Source of the DNA: Callorhinchus milii
Taxonomy: Eukaryota
NCBI RefSeq assembly: GCF_018977255.1
Contig: NW_024704742.1
Location: 74,836,001 to 74,900,000, forward strand
Length of the DNA: 64,000 bases
Direction: 5' to 3'
The translations under genes were made by a program, and so were the position numbers. Of the stretch, positions 39,575 to 52,687 are shown in pieces; position 1 is the stretch's first letter, and each line of letters starts with the position of its first letter. The notes under the pieces are model-generated. The model saw only the letters and a program-made list of their open reading frames with translations, ran no database searches and was not told the DNA's origin.

Positions 39575-40074
39575 GTATAGTAGTGGGATAGTAGCAGGAA
39601 ATGTACCAGACAGTGCTCTCAATTACATCAGTGTCTTTATGGTTTGTCATTGTCTAATGGGAGAACATGTGTAGGCCAACTTGTGATTATATCCAGTTAT
39701 TAATATTTTTGGTGGTAATGGTCACTGCTGTCTAATGTGCCTCAGTGTTCAGGATATTTTGACGCCATAACAGGAATATCATAAATCATGAATATCAAAA
39801 TATATATTCATTTGTAGATAGAATATATATTTACACTATCTCAAAGAAACAATTCCAGTGTCAGAAAGAAACAAACAATTCATTATTATCCCATTACGGG
39901 ATGCAATAGAGCTGGTCCCTTGTGGCGGGGGTGGGGGGAATGGGGGTTGTCTCTACACACTCCACTTTGGTGGAGGGACCAAGGCTTCCCCTGCTCGGGT
40001 TCTGCTGCCTTTTGCAGGGCACAGTTACAAAGTGGATCTTGTCACCCCCTCCCTGACACCCTCCCCTCTCAATT

Positions 40075-40283
40075 TCTGTGTGTCTCTGTATGTGTCTCCC
40101 TCTCTGTTTGCGTGTGTCTTTGTATCTCTCTCTCTCTCTGCTGTGTGTGTCTCTGTATCTCTCTCTCTCTGTCTGCCTGTGTGTGTCTCTGTATCTCTCT
40201 GTCTGCCTGTGTGTGTCTGTATCTCTCTTTCTGTCTCTCTGCCTGTGTGTGTCTGTATCTCTCTCTCTGTCTGCCTGTGTGTG

Positions 40284-40321
<38 letters not shown>
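40075..40321. repeat. Compound (TC)n/(TG)n microsatellite
   Basis: Alternating TC and TG runs with a higher-order tgtctgcctgtgtgtgtctctgtatctctc pattern. Confidence 0.95.
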
Positions 40322-40326
<5 letters not shown>

Positions 40327-41417
40327 TGCTTTGAAAGTGATTGACAGGTTCTGCTGCTAACTGACACCCTGCGGTGCTGTTTTTCCCATTGAGTCAGACC
40401 AAGCCTGGGGTCCGGACACACAGTGTTGGGACCAGAAGAAATCAATCCGCGGGCTGGATGCAGCCAAGAGCCATCAGTAGGACACCCTGGACTAATGAAC
40501 ATGGACTGGTTGAATGATGAGCAGTAAATGAAGAACATTGTCATTGGATCAATAAATCCTGACCTAGTTGCAAGCATGGATAGCAAGTGAAAAATAAAAT
40601 AAATAAATTGCCAAACCTGAAAATACTGAAGTCATTGTTTACAGTGGACAATGTATGTTACTGGCTTGCCTTCACTTTGTAGTGACATTTCTATAAGCCA
40701 ATGTCCACCCAGCCAAAGTTATGCATTTTCATTAGATTGGCTGCCAGTATCAGGCAGTGTATGGTCTAGTGACTAAATGGTAAAAAAAAACACTTTCTAA
40801 CTTCTCTTTTTGCCAGCTGTGCCCAGGGCTGGTACAAGCACAATAAGCAATCAAACTTGGACTTTACCACCCAGAAATGGACCATCTCGGGTCCTGAAAT
40901 CTTAAAACGTTACAGCACAGAAACAGGGCATTAAGCCTGTCTGTGTTATTTGTGATAGTTGTGGTCAGATGAGAGTGAAACTATAAGGGAGGAGAAATAG
41001 GAAAGAAAACTTGAAAGATGCATTATCTTGGATGCCTCATGTTCACTCGTTGAAGACCAATTATACCTTGAGATCAGCAGAAAGTTGTGAACAAGTTGCC
41101 TTTCTGCTGTCTTTGTTGGACAATGAGATTTTGTGTCTGAGTTGAAAAAGATAACCCTGAGAAAGATAGGAATACATAAAATATTTGAACTTCAAAACCA
41201 CATCTGGTACTGTGACAATTAGGGAGCAACCTGATCTTATAGCTTGGTTATGTATTGATGTGGGGTATTAGAGGGATAAAAGAGACACAAGGCAATATTC
41301 AATATTTCAGAAATGAGAAAGTAACTAGCATGCATAAATTGTGTAGAAAAGCTGGCTGATAAGACAGTAGATAAGCAGTGAGAACTTTCAAAGCTGAGAT
41401 AACCAAGGTACAAGATT

Positions 41418-42880
41418 CAATAACAAAGTACATATGTATAGCATCTTTCATGTCAGGTGGATGTTCCAAGGTGCTAGGCAGTCAAGGATTTGGACTTGAG
41501 CTGGGGGTTGAGATAAGGAGGGGTGGAGGGGTAGAGGTAGGATGGTGGCCAAAGACACGGTCAAAGAGGAGGGTCTTGAGATGGGCAATCAGTGTCTCGG
41601 ACTCGAGCTGTGGGTCAAGATAGGAGAGGGTGTAGGGCAGTGGGGGAAGGAGGGTGATCGAAGGCACTGTCACAGAGGAGGGTCTTGAGATGGGTCTTGA
41701 AGGAGGCGAGGGAAGGGACTGTGGGAAGGAGTTCCAGTGGGTGGGGGCAAATTGGCTGAAGGCCCGCCTGCCAATGGTGGGGATGTGAAGCAGACTGGAG
41801 CCCACGGAGTGGAGGGAGCTGGTAGGTTGATAGGGGGTTAAGAGGTTGCAGAGGGTGAGCAAGGCCATGGAGGGCTTTAAAAGCGAGGACCAAGATCTTA
41901 AACTGTATCTTTTGTGTGATGGGAAGCCAGTGCAGTTGGGTAAGGATGGGGGTGATAGGGTGGCGGGGTTTGGTGTAGGAGAGGACACGGGCTGCAGAGT
42001 TCTGAATGATCTGCAGCCTTTGGAGGGAGGAGTTGGGCAGGCCAACAAGCAGGGAGTTTGCATGGTCGAGCCTGGATGTTATGAATGCACGTATGAGGAT
42101 CTCGGTGGCCTGCTGTGTGAGACAGTGGCGGAGTCGGATGATTTTGCGGAAGTGGGGGAAGGCAGAGAAGGTCATGGTATGGATGTGGGGTATGAAGGAC
42201 AGTTAAGAGTCAAACAACAACAACAACAACAACAACAAGATTCCATTTATAGAGCGCCTTTCACGTCAGGAGGACGTCCCAAGGCGCTGCACAGTTGGGT
42301 CATGACCCGAGCAGAATGCTGAGGTTCCATATTGGCCCTGTGAGATGCAGAGTGCATTCATGGATGGTGATGCTGTCAGTGCTTGAGGTGTGGAAGCGCT
42401 GATGGAAGCCAATCAGGAGAGCCTCGGTCTTGTTGACGTTCAACTGAAGAAAGTTATCTCTCATCCAGGACTTGATGTCTGACAGACATTCTGTTAGGAC
42501 AGCAGTGGTCCTGGAGTCGAGGGTGGAGGCATACAAGTAAAGTTGGCGTCATCTGAATACATGTGGAAGTTGAACCCATGTCTGCAGATGATGTCACCAA
42601 GAGGGAGCATGCAGATATTGAAGAGGAGAGGACCCATGACAGAGCTCTGAGGAACGCTGCACAAGATGGTGCAGGGGCTAGAGGAGAAACCATTTGTTGA
42701 GATGAAGTGGGGATGATGTAAGAAATAGGATCTGAACCATTCAAGGACAGAACCATGAAGGCTGAGGTGAGAAGAGAGGCGGTGGAGGAGGATAGAGTGG
42801 TCAACAGTATCGAGGGGAAGCATGTAGATATTGAAGAGGAGAGGACTAAGACAGAGCCCTGAGGAATGCCACATAATATC
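41418..42880 (-). mobile_element. Compound L2 locus (two stacked 3' ends, RT fragment, nested young L2 tail at ~42213-42313)
   Basis: ORF 41615..42175 AFITSRLDHANSLLVGLP; PQSSVMGPLLFNICM and HMYSDD motifs. Confidence 0.93.
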
Positions 42881-42882
42881 AC

Positions 42883-42998
42883 GTTTGCCCACAAATATAC
42901 AGTCAATTCACTTTATAGTGTGTTCTGTGAAGCGCTTTGGGACGTCCTCCTGACGTGAAAAACGCTATATCAAATGCAAGGATTATTATTATTATTAT
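42883..42998 (+). mobile_element. SINE 3' fragment
   Basis: Young tail with (ATT)n. Confidence 0.88.
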
Positions 42999-43019
42999 AA
43001 GATGGTGTGAGGACAGGAG

Positions 43020-45380
43020 GAGAAGCCTTTCATGGCCACAAAGTGGCATATAAAGTAGGCATATGCCTACATCAATAAAGGGGCTACTGCTAAAACTAGG
43101 GTTCCTTTGATGACTAGAAAAATTAAAATGAAATAAGACTTACAAGAGAGGCATACAATAAATATAAATAATACCAAAGAAAATCAGGCAGTGTATAGGA
43201 AATAAAGAAGGGAAACAAAATAGCTAATGAAAAGGTAGGGCCAATTAAGCATTAAGCAAAGTCTAGGGTAGAAAATTAAGGTATTGCAGAGATACTTAAT
43301 GAGTATCTGGCCTCAGTTTTTACAGAAGAGAGAAATAGTGAGGTTATAGAGTGTACAAGAGGAGAATGTGCAATTGGAAGTGAGAGCTATAGAGAAGGAA
43401 GTGCTGCTAAAGAAACTCAAAGAGGACAGGTCACCAGGGCCTGACGGCAGCACCTGAAAATGTTGAAGGAGTCGGGGAGAAAATAGCCAATGTTTTATAA
43501 TTTTTCGAATATCTTTGGATTTGAAAGTTGTGCCAGGAGACTGGAGGATAGTTAATGTAATGCCTCTGTTTAGGAACGGAGAATGGGAAGAGCCAAGTAA
43601 TTATAGACCAATTGATCTTAATGTTCATAGTTGGCAAACTTTTAAAGGTTATAATAGGGGATAATATTAAACCAAATGTAAGGATTATGTTAATATAAAT
43701 AACCAGTTGGAAATAAATGGGTTGATTAAAGACAATCAGCATGGATTTGTTGAAATCAAGTCTTGCCTGACAAAGCTAAAAGTTTTTTTTGATAAAATAA
43801 CCGAGTAAATAGTGAAGGCAATGCTGTGGATGTAGTATACAATACAAAATTACATCAGTAAAGTGCATTTCACATCGGGAGGACTTCCCAAGGCGCTGAA
43901 CAGTCAGGAATTAGGACTCAAGTGGGGGGTTGGGATCAGGGAGGGTAGAGATGGTGGGGTAGGAGGGTGGCCGAAGGCACAGTCAAAGAGGAGGGTCTTG
44001 AGGTGTACCTTAAAGGAGGCAAGGGAGGGAGCGAGGAGAAGGGAATGTGGGATGGAGTTCCAGAGAGTGAGGGCAGAGAGGCTGAAGGCCATAGTATATA
44101 TGGATTTTCTGAAAGCTTTTGCTAAGGTCCTGCATTGGAGGCATGTTAAAAAAGATTTAGTGCGAATGGTATTAATGGAAAGATAGCGACATGGATAGAA
44201 AGTTGGTTGGTTGAAATAGGCGGTGGGAGCACAGGGTTATTTGCAATGGAGAAATATAAATAGTAATGTCCCCCAGGGGTCAATGTTCAGACCACTGCTG
44301 TTCTTTTATATAAACGATGATCTGGATTCTGTATCAGGGACACAATTTCTAAATTTTCAGATGACACAAAAATAAGGAGTGTAACTAACATTGTAAGTAA
44401 CTTCAGGGGGACAGAGACAGATTAGTTAATTGGGCAGGGAAATGGCAAATGGGATTTAATCCACACGAATGTTGAATTATACATTTTGAGAGGAAGAAAA
44501 AGGAGCACACGCATATGTCGGGTGGTAAATATTAAAAGGGGTGGAAGATCAAAGAGACTTGGGAGTTAATGTACATAAATCCTTGAAGGTGTGAAGCAGG
44601 TATGCAAAGCTGTTGAAAAAGCTAATGAAACTCATCAAGGATAACTTATCAATCTTTCCTTCAATACTCCAGCTATTCAAGTACTTTGTAGTTTTGAGAT
44701 ACTGTACTTTGAATAACTAGTCTACTCTGATAAGTAGGCATTTGAGCCATTACTCTTGGGGTGGCAAGATATCAGAGTTTCTCTGCAGGAGTGTATATTA
44801 TTAAAAGCAAAGAGGTAATGCTAAATTTATATACATCATTAATTAGACCGCAATTAGAATATCGGTTTCTAGTATTGATCACCCCACTCAAGGCAATAGA
44901 GGGAGAACAGAGAAGATTTACTACGATGCTACTAGGGATGAGTGGTTTGGCGGATGAGTGGAGATTGAAGGAACTGGGACTTTTTCCACAGGAAAAAAAG
45001 TTGAGGAATGACCTGGTCTTTAAAATTACAAGGGGCTTTGATAAAGTCAATAGGGAGAAATTATTTCCACTGGTTGGTCAATCAATAACTAGAGGGCATC
45101 AACTTAAGATAATTTGTAAATAAGCAAATGGAGAGGTTAGGAAATTTTTTTTTATAGACAGAGAAATTAGGACATGGAATGCCCTGCTGGGAGCAGAGGT
45201 TGAGATAAAATCCATACTGGCCTTCGAGCAGGCACTCAACAAATACTTTAAAAAGAGTCAGCTACAAGGTTATGGGGAAAGGGCAGATAAGTGGGACTGA
45301 AAGGATTGCTCAAGGGAGCCAGCACAGACACAATGGGTCAAATGGCCTTCTTCTGGACCATAAATTTCTATGGTTCTGTA
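43020..45380 (+). mobile_element. Old CR1 LINE (RT region to 3' end) with insertions
   Basis: NYRPI, QHGF, VYMDFLKAFAKV, VPQGS, KFSDDTK and LIRPQLEY motifs; 3' end aatttctatggttctgt. Confidence 0.9.
43840..44091 (-). mobile_element. L2 3' end inserted in CR1
   Basis: Flanked by a 7-bp duplication TAGTATA (43833-43839 and 44092-44098) inside the CR1 VDVVYMDF codons. Confidence 0.9.
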
Positions 45381-45964
45381 ATAGATAGCAGTGACAGAAG
45401 AACTAACTCAGCCCAGAAACGTACCTGGCATGATAAAAGGAAAAAAATAATACAAGGGCTTGGTTAATAAGATAATCTGGTAATAAAATGGTTTGTTGTC
45501 ACCATGGATAATGTGAGTCATAAATATAACTTGTGTTGCTAACATGGTAAATAGTAACAGAGGGACTAATAAACAGTGCTAGTGATTTGAAAGTCATGTG
45601 ACAGAGGATGACCTTGACTGACAAAATTGAGCAAGACTCACATCGGTTGCTAATATGTATGGTAATGATTGAAACCAGCTTGCCTTGGGCTAAGTTGCAT
45701 ACAAACAGTGATGTATCCACTAAAATGGATCAGAACCATAATTGGTTGGGTGCTAATGAACTGTAATCATACTTCTTGACAGATTAAGCCTGTTCAGTTT
45801 ATCCCTCTTTCATTTGTTGGATTTTACATGTCTTGGAGCACAAGTAGTTGGAATGAAGAAATTTGTTTCAGTTATAGAGCAGCTATTGGCACAATTCTAT
45901 GCATTCCTTTATATTGATCCTGTTGACAGATGAGGTAATCAGGTGATGGTATAGTTGACAGTGA

Positions 45965-45970
45965 TTTATT
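45965..45970 (-). promoter_or_regulatory. Candidate polyadenylation signal of the P450 gene
   Basis: AATAAA on the minus strand about 340 nt downstream of the stop codon; ATTAAA variants also occur near 46103 and 46012. Confidence 0.4.
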
Positions 45971-46312
45971 GATTACAGCAAATCTTAACATTACTCAATG
46001 TGCTACCAATGTTTAATAACTTACTATTGATTCCAAAGTCACACCTTTCACAATCAAATTAATAAATCTATATGTTGTAGTAAAACACCAACAGGACAGA
46101 TCTTTAATTTTTTTCTGTCAAAGATAGTACATGATGGTGGCTGTTGTATATTTGATGATATAAAACTGAGAAAATCAGGTGGTGTTATTGAACTCAATTC
46201 CATCCTATCCTTTGAGACTGGAGTTACATTATGACTTATTGATCACGCAGATCTGTGATTGTTTGAAAATATGTTGAGTTATCCGTGTAGTTCACAACAG
46301 CATGACTTAGTG

Positions 46313-46453
46313 TTAGGTTTGGCAAAAATATGACATAAACTTAATTGTGGGATCTTCAGCAGGTCTAGAGACTGGAAGCCACTTGTAGTCCAGAGTTTGG
46401 GTAGGAGGGTCCAAGCTCCATGTGTAATGGCTCAGCAAATATCTGGCAGCAGC
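46313..46453 (-). CDS. cyp16a1: Cytochrome P450 (CYP16-like), terminal coding exon
   Basis: Minus strand: acceptor ctgattttctctaag, then AAARYLLSHYTWSLDPPTQTLDYKWLPVSRPAEDPTIKFMSYFCQT and TAA (141 nt). Phase 0, in frame with the heme exon; reads as P450 L-helix end plus C-terminal strand. Too short and ATG-less for the ORF track. Confidence 0.88.
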   Translation of the reverse strand, partial: AAARYLLSHYTWSLDPPTQTLDYKWLPVSRPAEDPTIKFMSYFCQT

Positions 46454-46651
46454 CTTAGAGAAAATCAGACATAGATCAGTTTCATCAAAGACTAATTCAT
46501 GGGAAAGAATAATACAGTAACAATGTATACAATGAAGAGAAGTGGGTGGGTTGGAGCAACAGTGCAGAATTGTGTATGCTAATAAACTGTCAAATTTAGG
46601 ATTGTCTCACTAGGCTCTGTATAACGAATTTACAATATTAGCAAAGGAACA

Positions 46652-47030
46652 TTTTTTTGGGGGGGTGGGTGTCAGCTGGGTATCTGACACATGCAGAAAC
46701 CCATCCCTATGCTTCAGAGTATCCAAACCAAGCTGAGATTTCCCTGCACCCCACCTATACATGGAAATCCCAGAGATAGATTGTTGGAATGGAATGTGCA
46801 CTCTCTCCCTGGAGGGACACATCCTGCTTACCTGATTCCGGAAAGTATGCAATGGTGTGGTCTGCCCTTCCAGGTCCTGCCATCAGCAGTGCCCTGGAAT
46901 ACTGTGGACCCACCTGGCTCAGGAACTGGACTACCGAGACACTATAAGGACTGACTCGATTCCAACATTCCGTTGCCAGGCATGTCACCTTGGAGCCAGT
47001 TCAGCTCCAAGGAGACCTCGCTTACCTCCC
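46652..47030 (+). repeat. Unclassified interspersed repeat, copy C (internally deleted)
   Basis: Both ends match copy B; lacks about 220 bp of the middle. Confidence 0.85.
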
Positions 47031-47864
47031 CCCAAGGAGATTAGTCACTAGTTGGTCGTTTGACATCCGACAAGCCAGGTTTGCGAACTCACAAGGTGGT
47101 CAACACAGGAGTGGGATAGTGTCTCAGGACGCTTGAATAGGCAGACATCTGAGGATAACACAGTGCTCTCCTGGGGTGCTGGAGTGTCAGTCGAGATTAT
47201 GAGCTTCTCCTGACATGAAAGGTGCTATACAAATGTAATTTGTTGTTGCTGTTATAAGATTTCATGAATTATGTTAAATAATTAAAAAATTACAGTCACC
47301 TAATAAAAATGCAAACTCATGTATTTCATAAAACTCTAGATGAACACCAATCCTAACTAGAAGATCAGGAAAGTAAATGCAGAAGTGGAAAACAGTTTTA
47401 AAATTTGAATTAGTCACCCCAAGATTTCATTCACAGTACAGTATTTATAGTGTAACTACAACAAGAACACATTAAACCTATGTGTCACTTGCATACAAAT
47501 ATATTAAAGTGCAAAATTGTCCATGTGTTGAATCCTGCTCTGTTGCATACCAAATGCTATAATGTACAAAGTTTTCTTGTGGAGAAAAAGGCTGCCTGCC
47601 AAGGCCATATGATTAAAATAAAAACATATAGCACCTTCAGAACAAACCTCTCAAAATGACTTTCAAAGACAATGGAAACCATCAACCAGGGAGGAGGAAG
47701 GAGTTTGGGGGATGTTGAACAAAGGCAGTGGTCAATGAGAATTTTGTAACAAATATTTGTCATTTTGCAAAGGTTAAGGCAGAAACATTATGTAAAATGT
47801 AACATCAAAATCAGAAGCTTGAATATTACTTGTCCTTAATCTATGAGGGATTCCATACAAGTCC

Positions 47865-48620
47865 TGGAGTCCTATAGGTTAGGGGTTAGAGCACTCGTCT
47901 CGCAAGCGAGAGACCAGGGTTCAATTCCTGACAGGGCGAAAGCTTGGGCAAGTTTCCTTACTCCACATGCCTGATAATAATCCCTCAAGAAAAAAAAACA
48001 CGACTGTTTGTGGGACACTGCTGTGCGCAATTGGCTGCCGCGTTTCATCCACAAATATAGTCAATTCACTTTACAGTATATTCTGTGAAGCGCTTTGAGA
48101 TGTCTAGAAGATGCCATTCACGGCCTTGCTCCCTCCTACCTCTCCAACCTACTATCCCCCTACCTACCTGCCCGTATCCTCCGTTCCTCTGGCTCTGGTC
48201 TGCTCCACGTCCCCCGCCCCAACCGCCCTACCATCGGTGGTCGGGCCTTCAGCCTCTCAGCCCCCAGGCTCTGGAACTCCATCCCCCAGTGCCTTCGCCT
48301 TGCTTCCTCCCTTTCCTCCTTCAAGGCCGGTCTCAAAACCTTTCTCTTTGACCGAGCCTTCAGCTCCCCTCTCGACTCTCTTCCCCCTCCTCGCTCCCTC
48401 CCTTCCCTCCCCTCACCCTGACCATTTCCCCCCTCCTTGCTCCCTCCCTTCCCTCCCTCACCCTGACCATTTCCCCCCTGCTCGGGTCATGACCCAACTG
48501 TGCAGCGCCTTGGGACGTCCTCCTGACGTGAAAGGCGCTTTATAAATGGAATCTTGTTGTTGTTGTTGTTGTTGTTGATGTGATAAGGCTCTATATTAAA
48601 TGCAAGGATTATTATTATAT
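47865..48620 (+). mobile_element. SINE split by a young L2 3' fragment (48114-48577)
   Basis: SINE tail interrupted at tctagaagatg and resuming at tgataagg; the L2 insert has an unbroken frame HGLAPSYLSNLL…LKTFLFDRAF and (GTT)n. Confidence 0.93.
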
Positions 48621-49061
48621 ATAACAAGATACCTTTAAGCATCATAACATTGTTTATACATAATCTGTTATCTATATCAAGCGAACATTTGATACAGCAT
48701 TTTAGCCAAATATGATGTATGAATAATTAAGAAGAAAATTTATTCCATTGCTTGTATAATGAGTCAATTCTTTTGTGCTCCATTTGAAGCCATTACAATT
48801 TAGAAGGAAATATCACAATTTATAAACATATCAAAGAGATAATGCTTTTGTAGCTCTAAACAAAAGTAGCCTACGCCCAATGGATTTATGTATACTGCTG
48901 AAAATAAATGTATTTAATAGTTTAAATATGTAATATTTATTTTAGTATTCTCTGATTTTTAATTTTGATATAAAACGTACTTTAAATATTTATTTATGGT
49001 TGAATTCTTTTAAAAAATAAATAGCTAGTAAATCAAAGAAAACCCCAGTGGAAAAAACACC

Positions 49062-49191
49062 TGGGTTCCTATTTAATGCTAGGTGAACAGAGGCGTGTGA
49101 AGTAAGGAAACGCTTCGCCCTGCCGGGAATCAAACCCAGGTCCCCTCGTTTGTGAAGCGAGTGTTCGAACCACTAAGCTACAGGACTCCAC
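49062..49191 (-). mobile_element. SINE head fragment (long subfamily)
   Basis: gtggagtcctgtagcttagtggttcgaacactcgc… on the minus strand. Confidence 0.85.
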
Positions 49192-49439
49192 AGACTGAGT
49201 CTGATGCCGTGCATGATCCATGAACCACAACAGCATTGAAAACCCCCACTCTCCTCCCCCCGGCAGCATTGAATCAGCTTCTGAGTGCAACCGTATCATT
49301 AAAATATCATATCTTGCAATTTTCACCCCAGGTCTACTGTCTGTATGATATCGGTGGCTTCTGGAAGACCTGTCAGCTATGCAGAGAGCTCCACGTAAGG
49401 TATGATTAAAGTACTAGCTCAGACCCAGCATCTGTAAAA

Positions 49440-49915
49440 ATAACAACTTGCGTTTTATCCAAGGTCTTTGACAAGGGTAATGTCTCGAAACTTGGTACAG
49501 AGAAATCCCCATCAGAGAGAGTGGGAAAGAATAAGATGACCATAGCCATGCTTGAAGAGTTTTTCAGGCGGCTCTGAAAGACAGATAGAGAGGGGGCAAG
49601 TCAGAGGGGTTTAGGAGGGCATTCCAGACAGTAGAGGCATAGTGGCTGCAGGTTGTTGGGGCAGCCGGGATGGGAACATACAACAGATCACAGGTATATG
49701 TAGGGGTGAGAGCAAGTAACAATTTGAAAATCAGAATGAGGATCTTGATGGTAGTCAGGAAGTTCTGGTAATGGGCATGCAAACTTAGTGTGGATAAGAA
49801 TGTGAGCTACAGAATTTTGAATGAGCTGGAGCTTGTGGATGGTACATTTAGAGAGTACATTTGTGAAGGAGGGCATTGAAGAAGTCCAGTCAGGAAGTAA
49901 CAAGGAAATGGACAT
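49440..49915 (-). mobile_element. Old L2 3' fragment
   Basis: TIHKLQLIQNSVAHIL and IKILILIFKLL motifs. Confidence 0.8.
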
Positions 49916-50164
49916 AGATCGTCTACCATATATATGATCATGTTTTATAAAATTCTTCTTATAATGTGCCAATCCACCGATTCAGTAACCTTTCACACAT
50001 CCTTTCTATGTCATACGTCCAAGTCAATGATGGTGCTAACAACAATAATACTTGCATTTGGTACAGTGTTTTTCATGTCAGGAGAACATCTCCAAGCAAT
50101 TCACAGGATATACTGTAAAGTAATTTTAGGTGAATGCAGCTGCAAGTTTGTGCACAGCTGTCCT

Positions 50165-51790
50165 TCCTTCCTCATATCTGATCCCTGACCAGGACCGCTT
50201 TCCTCCACCTTCGCCACATTGCCAACCTCTAAACATACTTTACATCCAACGCAGCTGAAACCCTCATTCATGCTTTCGTCACCTTGAGTCTACTTTCTCC
50301 AATGTCTTCCTTGACTGTCTCACCAGCTTCAACACCACAAAATCCAACTGATCCCAAACTCCACTGCTCGTATTCTCCCATCTGTTCAGGCTCAGCACCA
50401 TCATCAACACAGTCCTTGTCAGGCTCCACTGGCTCCCCATTGCAGAACTGATCAAGTTCAAGATTCCCACACTCACTTACAAATCAATTCATGCCCTAGT
50501 ACTTCCCTACCTCTCCAATCTGCTTGCAACACCTCCACCACTCAGCCTTCTACATGGCCCTCATCCCCTCCACTCCACCATTGATTGCCGTGCTTTCAGG
50601 AACTATGCCTCGAATCTCTGGAATGCTCTGCCTGAATCCCTCTTGGTGACATCATCCACAGACATTGGGTCAATTTCAACATGTGGATGACACCCAACTC
50701 TACCTCTCTGCCTCCACCCTTGACCCTAGAATGTCCGTCAGACATCAAGTCCTGGATGAGAGCCAACTTTCTTCAGTTGAATGTCAACAAGACCGAGGCT
50801 CTCCTAACTGGCTCCCATCAGCGCCTCCACACCTCAGGCGCTGACAGCATCACCATCCATGGATGCACTCTCCAAATTACTAGGCCAGAACCACGGCATC
50901 TTGTTTATAATAATAATCCTTGCATTTGATATAGTTTTATCCTCAACTATCCTTTCTACCCCACATCAGTGCCATGACCCGCTCTGCCTTCCCCCACCTC
51001 TGATACACTGCCCCACTGACTCACACCTCAAGCTGCCGAGACCCTCATACATGCATTCATAAAATCCAGGTTCGACTACGCAAACTATCTGCTTGTTCGC
51101 CTCCCCAACTCCTCCGTCCATAAGCTGCAGATCATCCAGAACTGTACAGCTCATGTCCTTTTCCACACGAGGCCTTGTGACCCTATCACCCCCATCCTCG
51201 CCTGACTCCACTGGCTTCCCAGCACACAGAGGATACAGTTCAAGATCCTGGTCCTCACCTTCAAAACCCTCCATGGCCTTGCTCCCTCCTACCTCTGCCA
51301 CTTCCTAAACTCCCTACCAACTTGCGCGCTCCCTCTGCTTAGTGGACTCTGACCTGCTTCATGTCCCCCACCTCACGCGACCCACCATTGGCGGGAGGGG
51401 TTTCTGCCACTCTGCCTCCACCCTCTGGAATTCCATCCCGCAGTCCCTCCACCTCGCCTCCTCCCTTGTCTCCTTCAAGACCCTTTTCAAAACCCTCCTA
51501 TTCGACCGAGCCTGCGGTCAACCTCTTTTGCTCCCTGCCCGATCCCGACCCCCTGCTCAGGTCCGAAACACTGATTGTCCAGCGCCTTGGGATGTCCTCC
51601 CTACATGAAAGGTGCTATACAAATGTAATTTTGTTGTTGCATGACTTTAGATCTCATCTGAAGTCCTTCCTCTTTGATCATGCCTACAGTCACCTCCCCT
51701 CTCTCACTGGTTCACATCAAGCTGTTCCACTGTTAAGTGCTCTGAAACGCTGCCTGTGAGAAGGGCATTCTATAAAAGCATGTTGCTGTT
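50165..51790 (+). mobile_element. Older L2 split by a younger L2 (~50641-51640)
   Basis: Older copy stops at LWNALPES and resumes at FRSHLKSFLFDHAY; the insert has DIKSWMRANFLQLNVNKTEALL and its own tail. Confidence 0.9.
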
Positions 51791-52687
51791 GAGCTGAATC
51801 TGCCAGCTTGTATAATGCTGAGAGTAGTTCCATTCTCCAGCACTGAGAACCCTCACTATCACCCAAAATTGAAAAATGAAAATTACTTTTGTCTGAGTTT
51901 CCTCCCCAGAAGAGAAGCTGCGGTGGCAATGAAGACAATGGCAGCCTTGGCTGACTGAAGGCACAAAATATAATAGGAATTTTTTTTGGAAAGTTTCATA
52001 TATAAAAACTTTAAAAGGCAGATCATATGCATATCTGATAGAACATTCATACTGTAAATGAGACGCTGTCCGACATGAAGTGTTGTGCTCGTTGTTGTAA
52101 TAGTAAGTACCACCACCGGCCTTGATTGTCTTCTACAGTGGAACAACTAACTCACTCCGTTTCTACCAGAACGGTCGTCACGTAATTAACTGTTATGTAT
52201 TCATTCACTGCATGGCTAAAATTATACATAATGATAATGGCCCATATGGTTCCACCTACTCAGCTCCATCAAATGCTGTTAACTTGACTTGATCAGCATT
52301 TCTAACAAACACTTTCGACAGCTAATCTTCGTCATGCTGCACTTCCTGCTCCCTTCGGCATTACTAATAAAATGAATGACACAAGGAAAAAAAAACTGTT
52401 CCAGTGATTAATGTGAGCAGCATTTATGCTGATGCCTTGTGGCAGCAAACCATTTCTCAAAGCCAGATGAAGATCATTGAAAAATGCAAAATCAATTCTG
52501 CCGCTCACTGAACAGGAAGAATTCTGACGAACTCATGGGCAAGAGTAAAAGAATATAATACTGTGACGTTGGCAGTTGTACATTTACTACCAATGAACTG
52601 GTAACAATGGATTTGCATAGTTAAGTCTGGATGTTATGAATGCGAGTATGAGGATCTTGGCGGCCTGTGGTGGAGCCGGGCAATGAA

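Noticed and set aside
39858..40360. Long ORFs on both strands (up to 158 aa)
   Set aside because: Produced by the stop-free (TC)/(TG) microsatellite.
40397..40610. Possible plus-strand terminal exon (…PEEINPRAGCSQEPSVGHPGLMNMDWLNDEQ*) followed by AATAAA sites
   Set aside because: Weak acceptor, no recognisable homology, and no supported upstream plus-strand exons.
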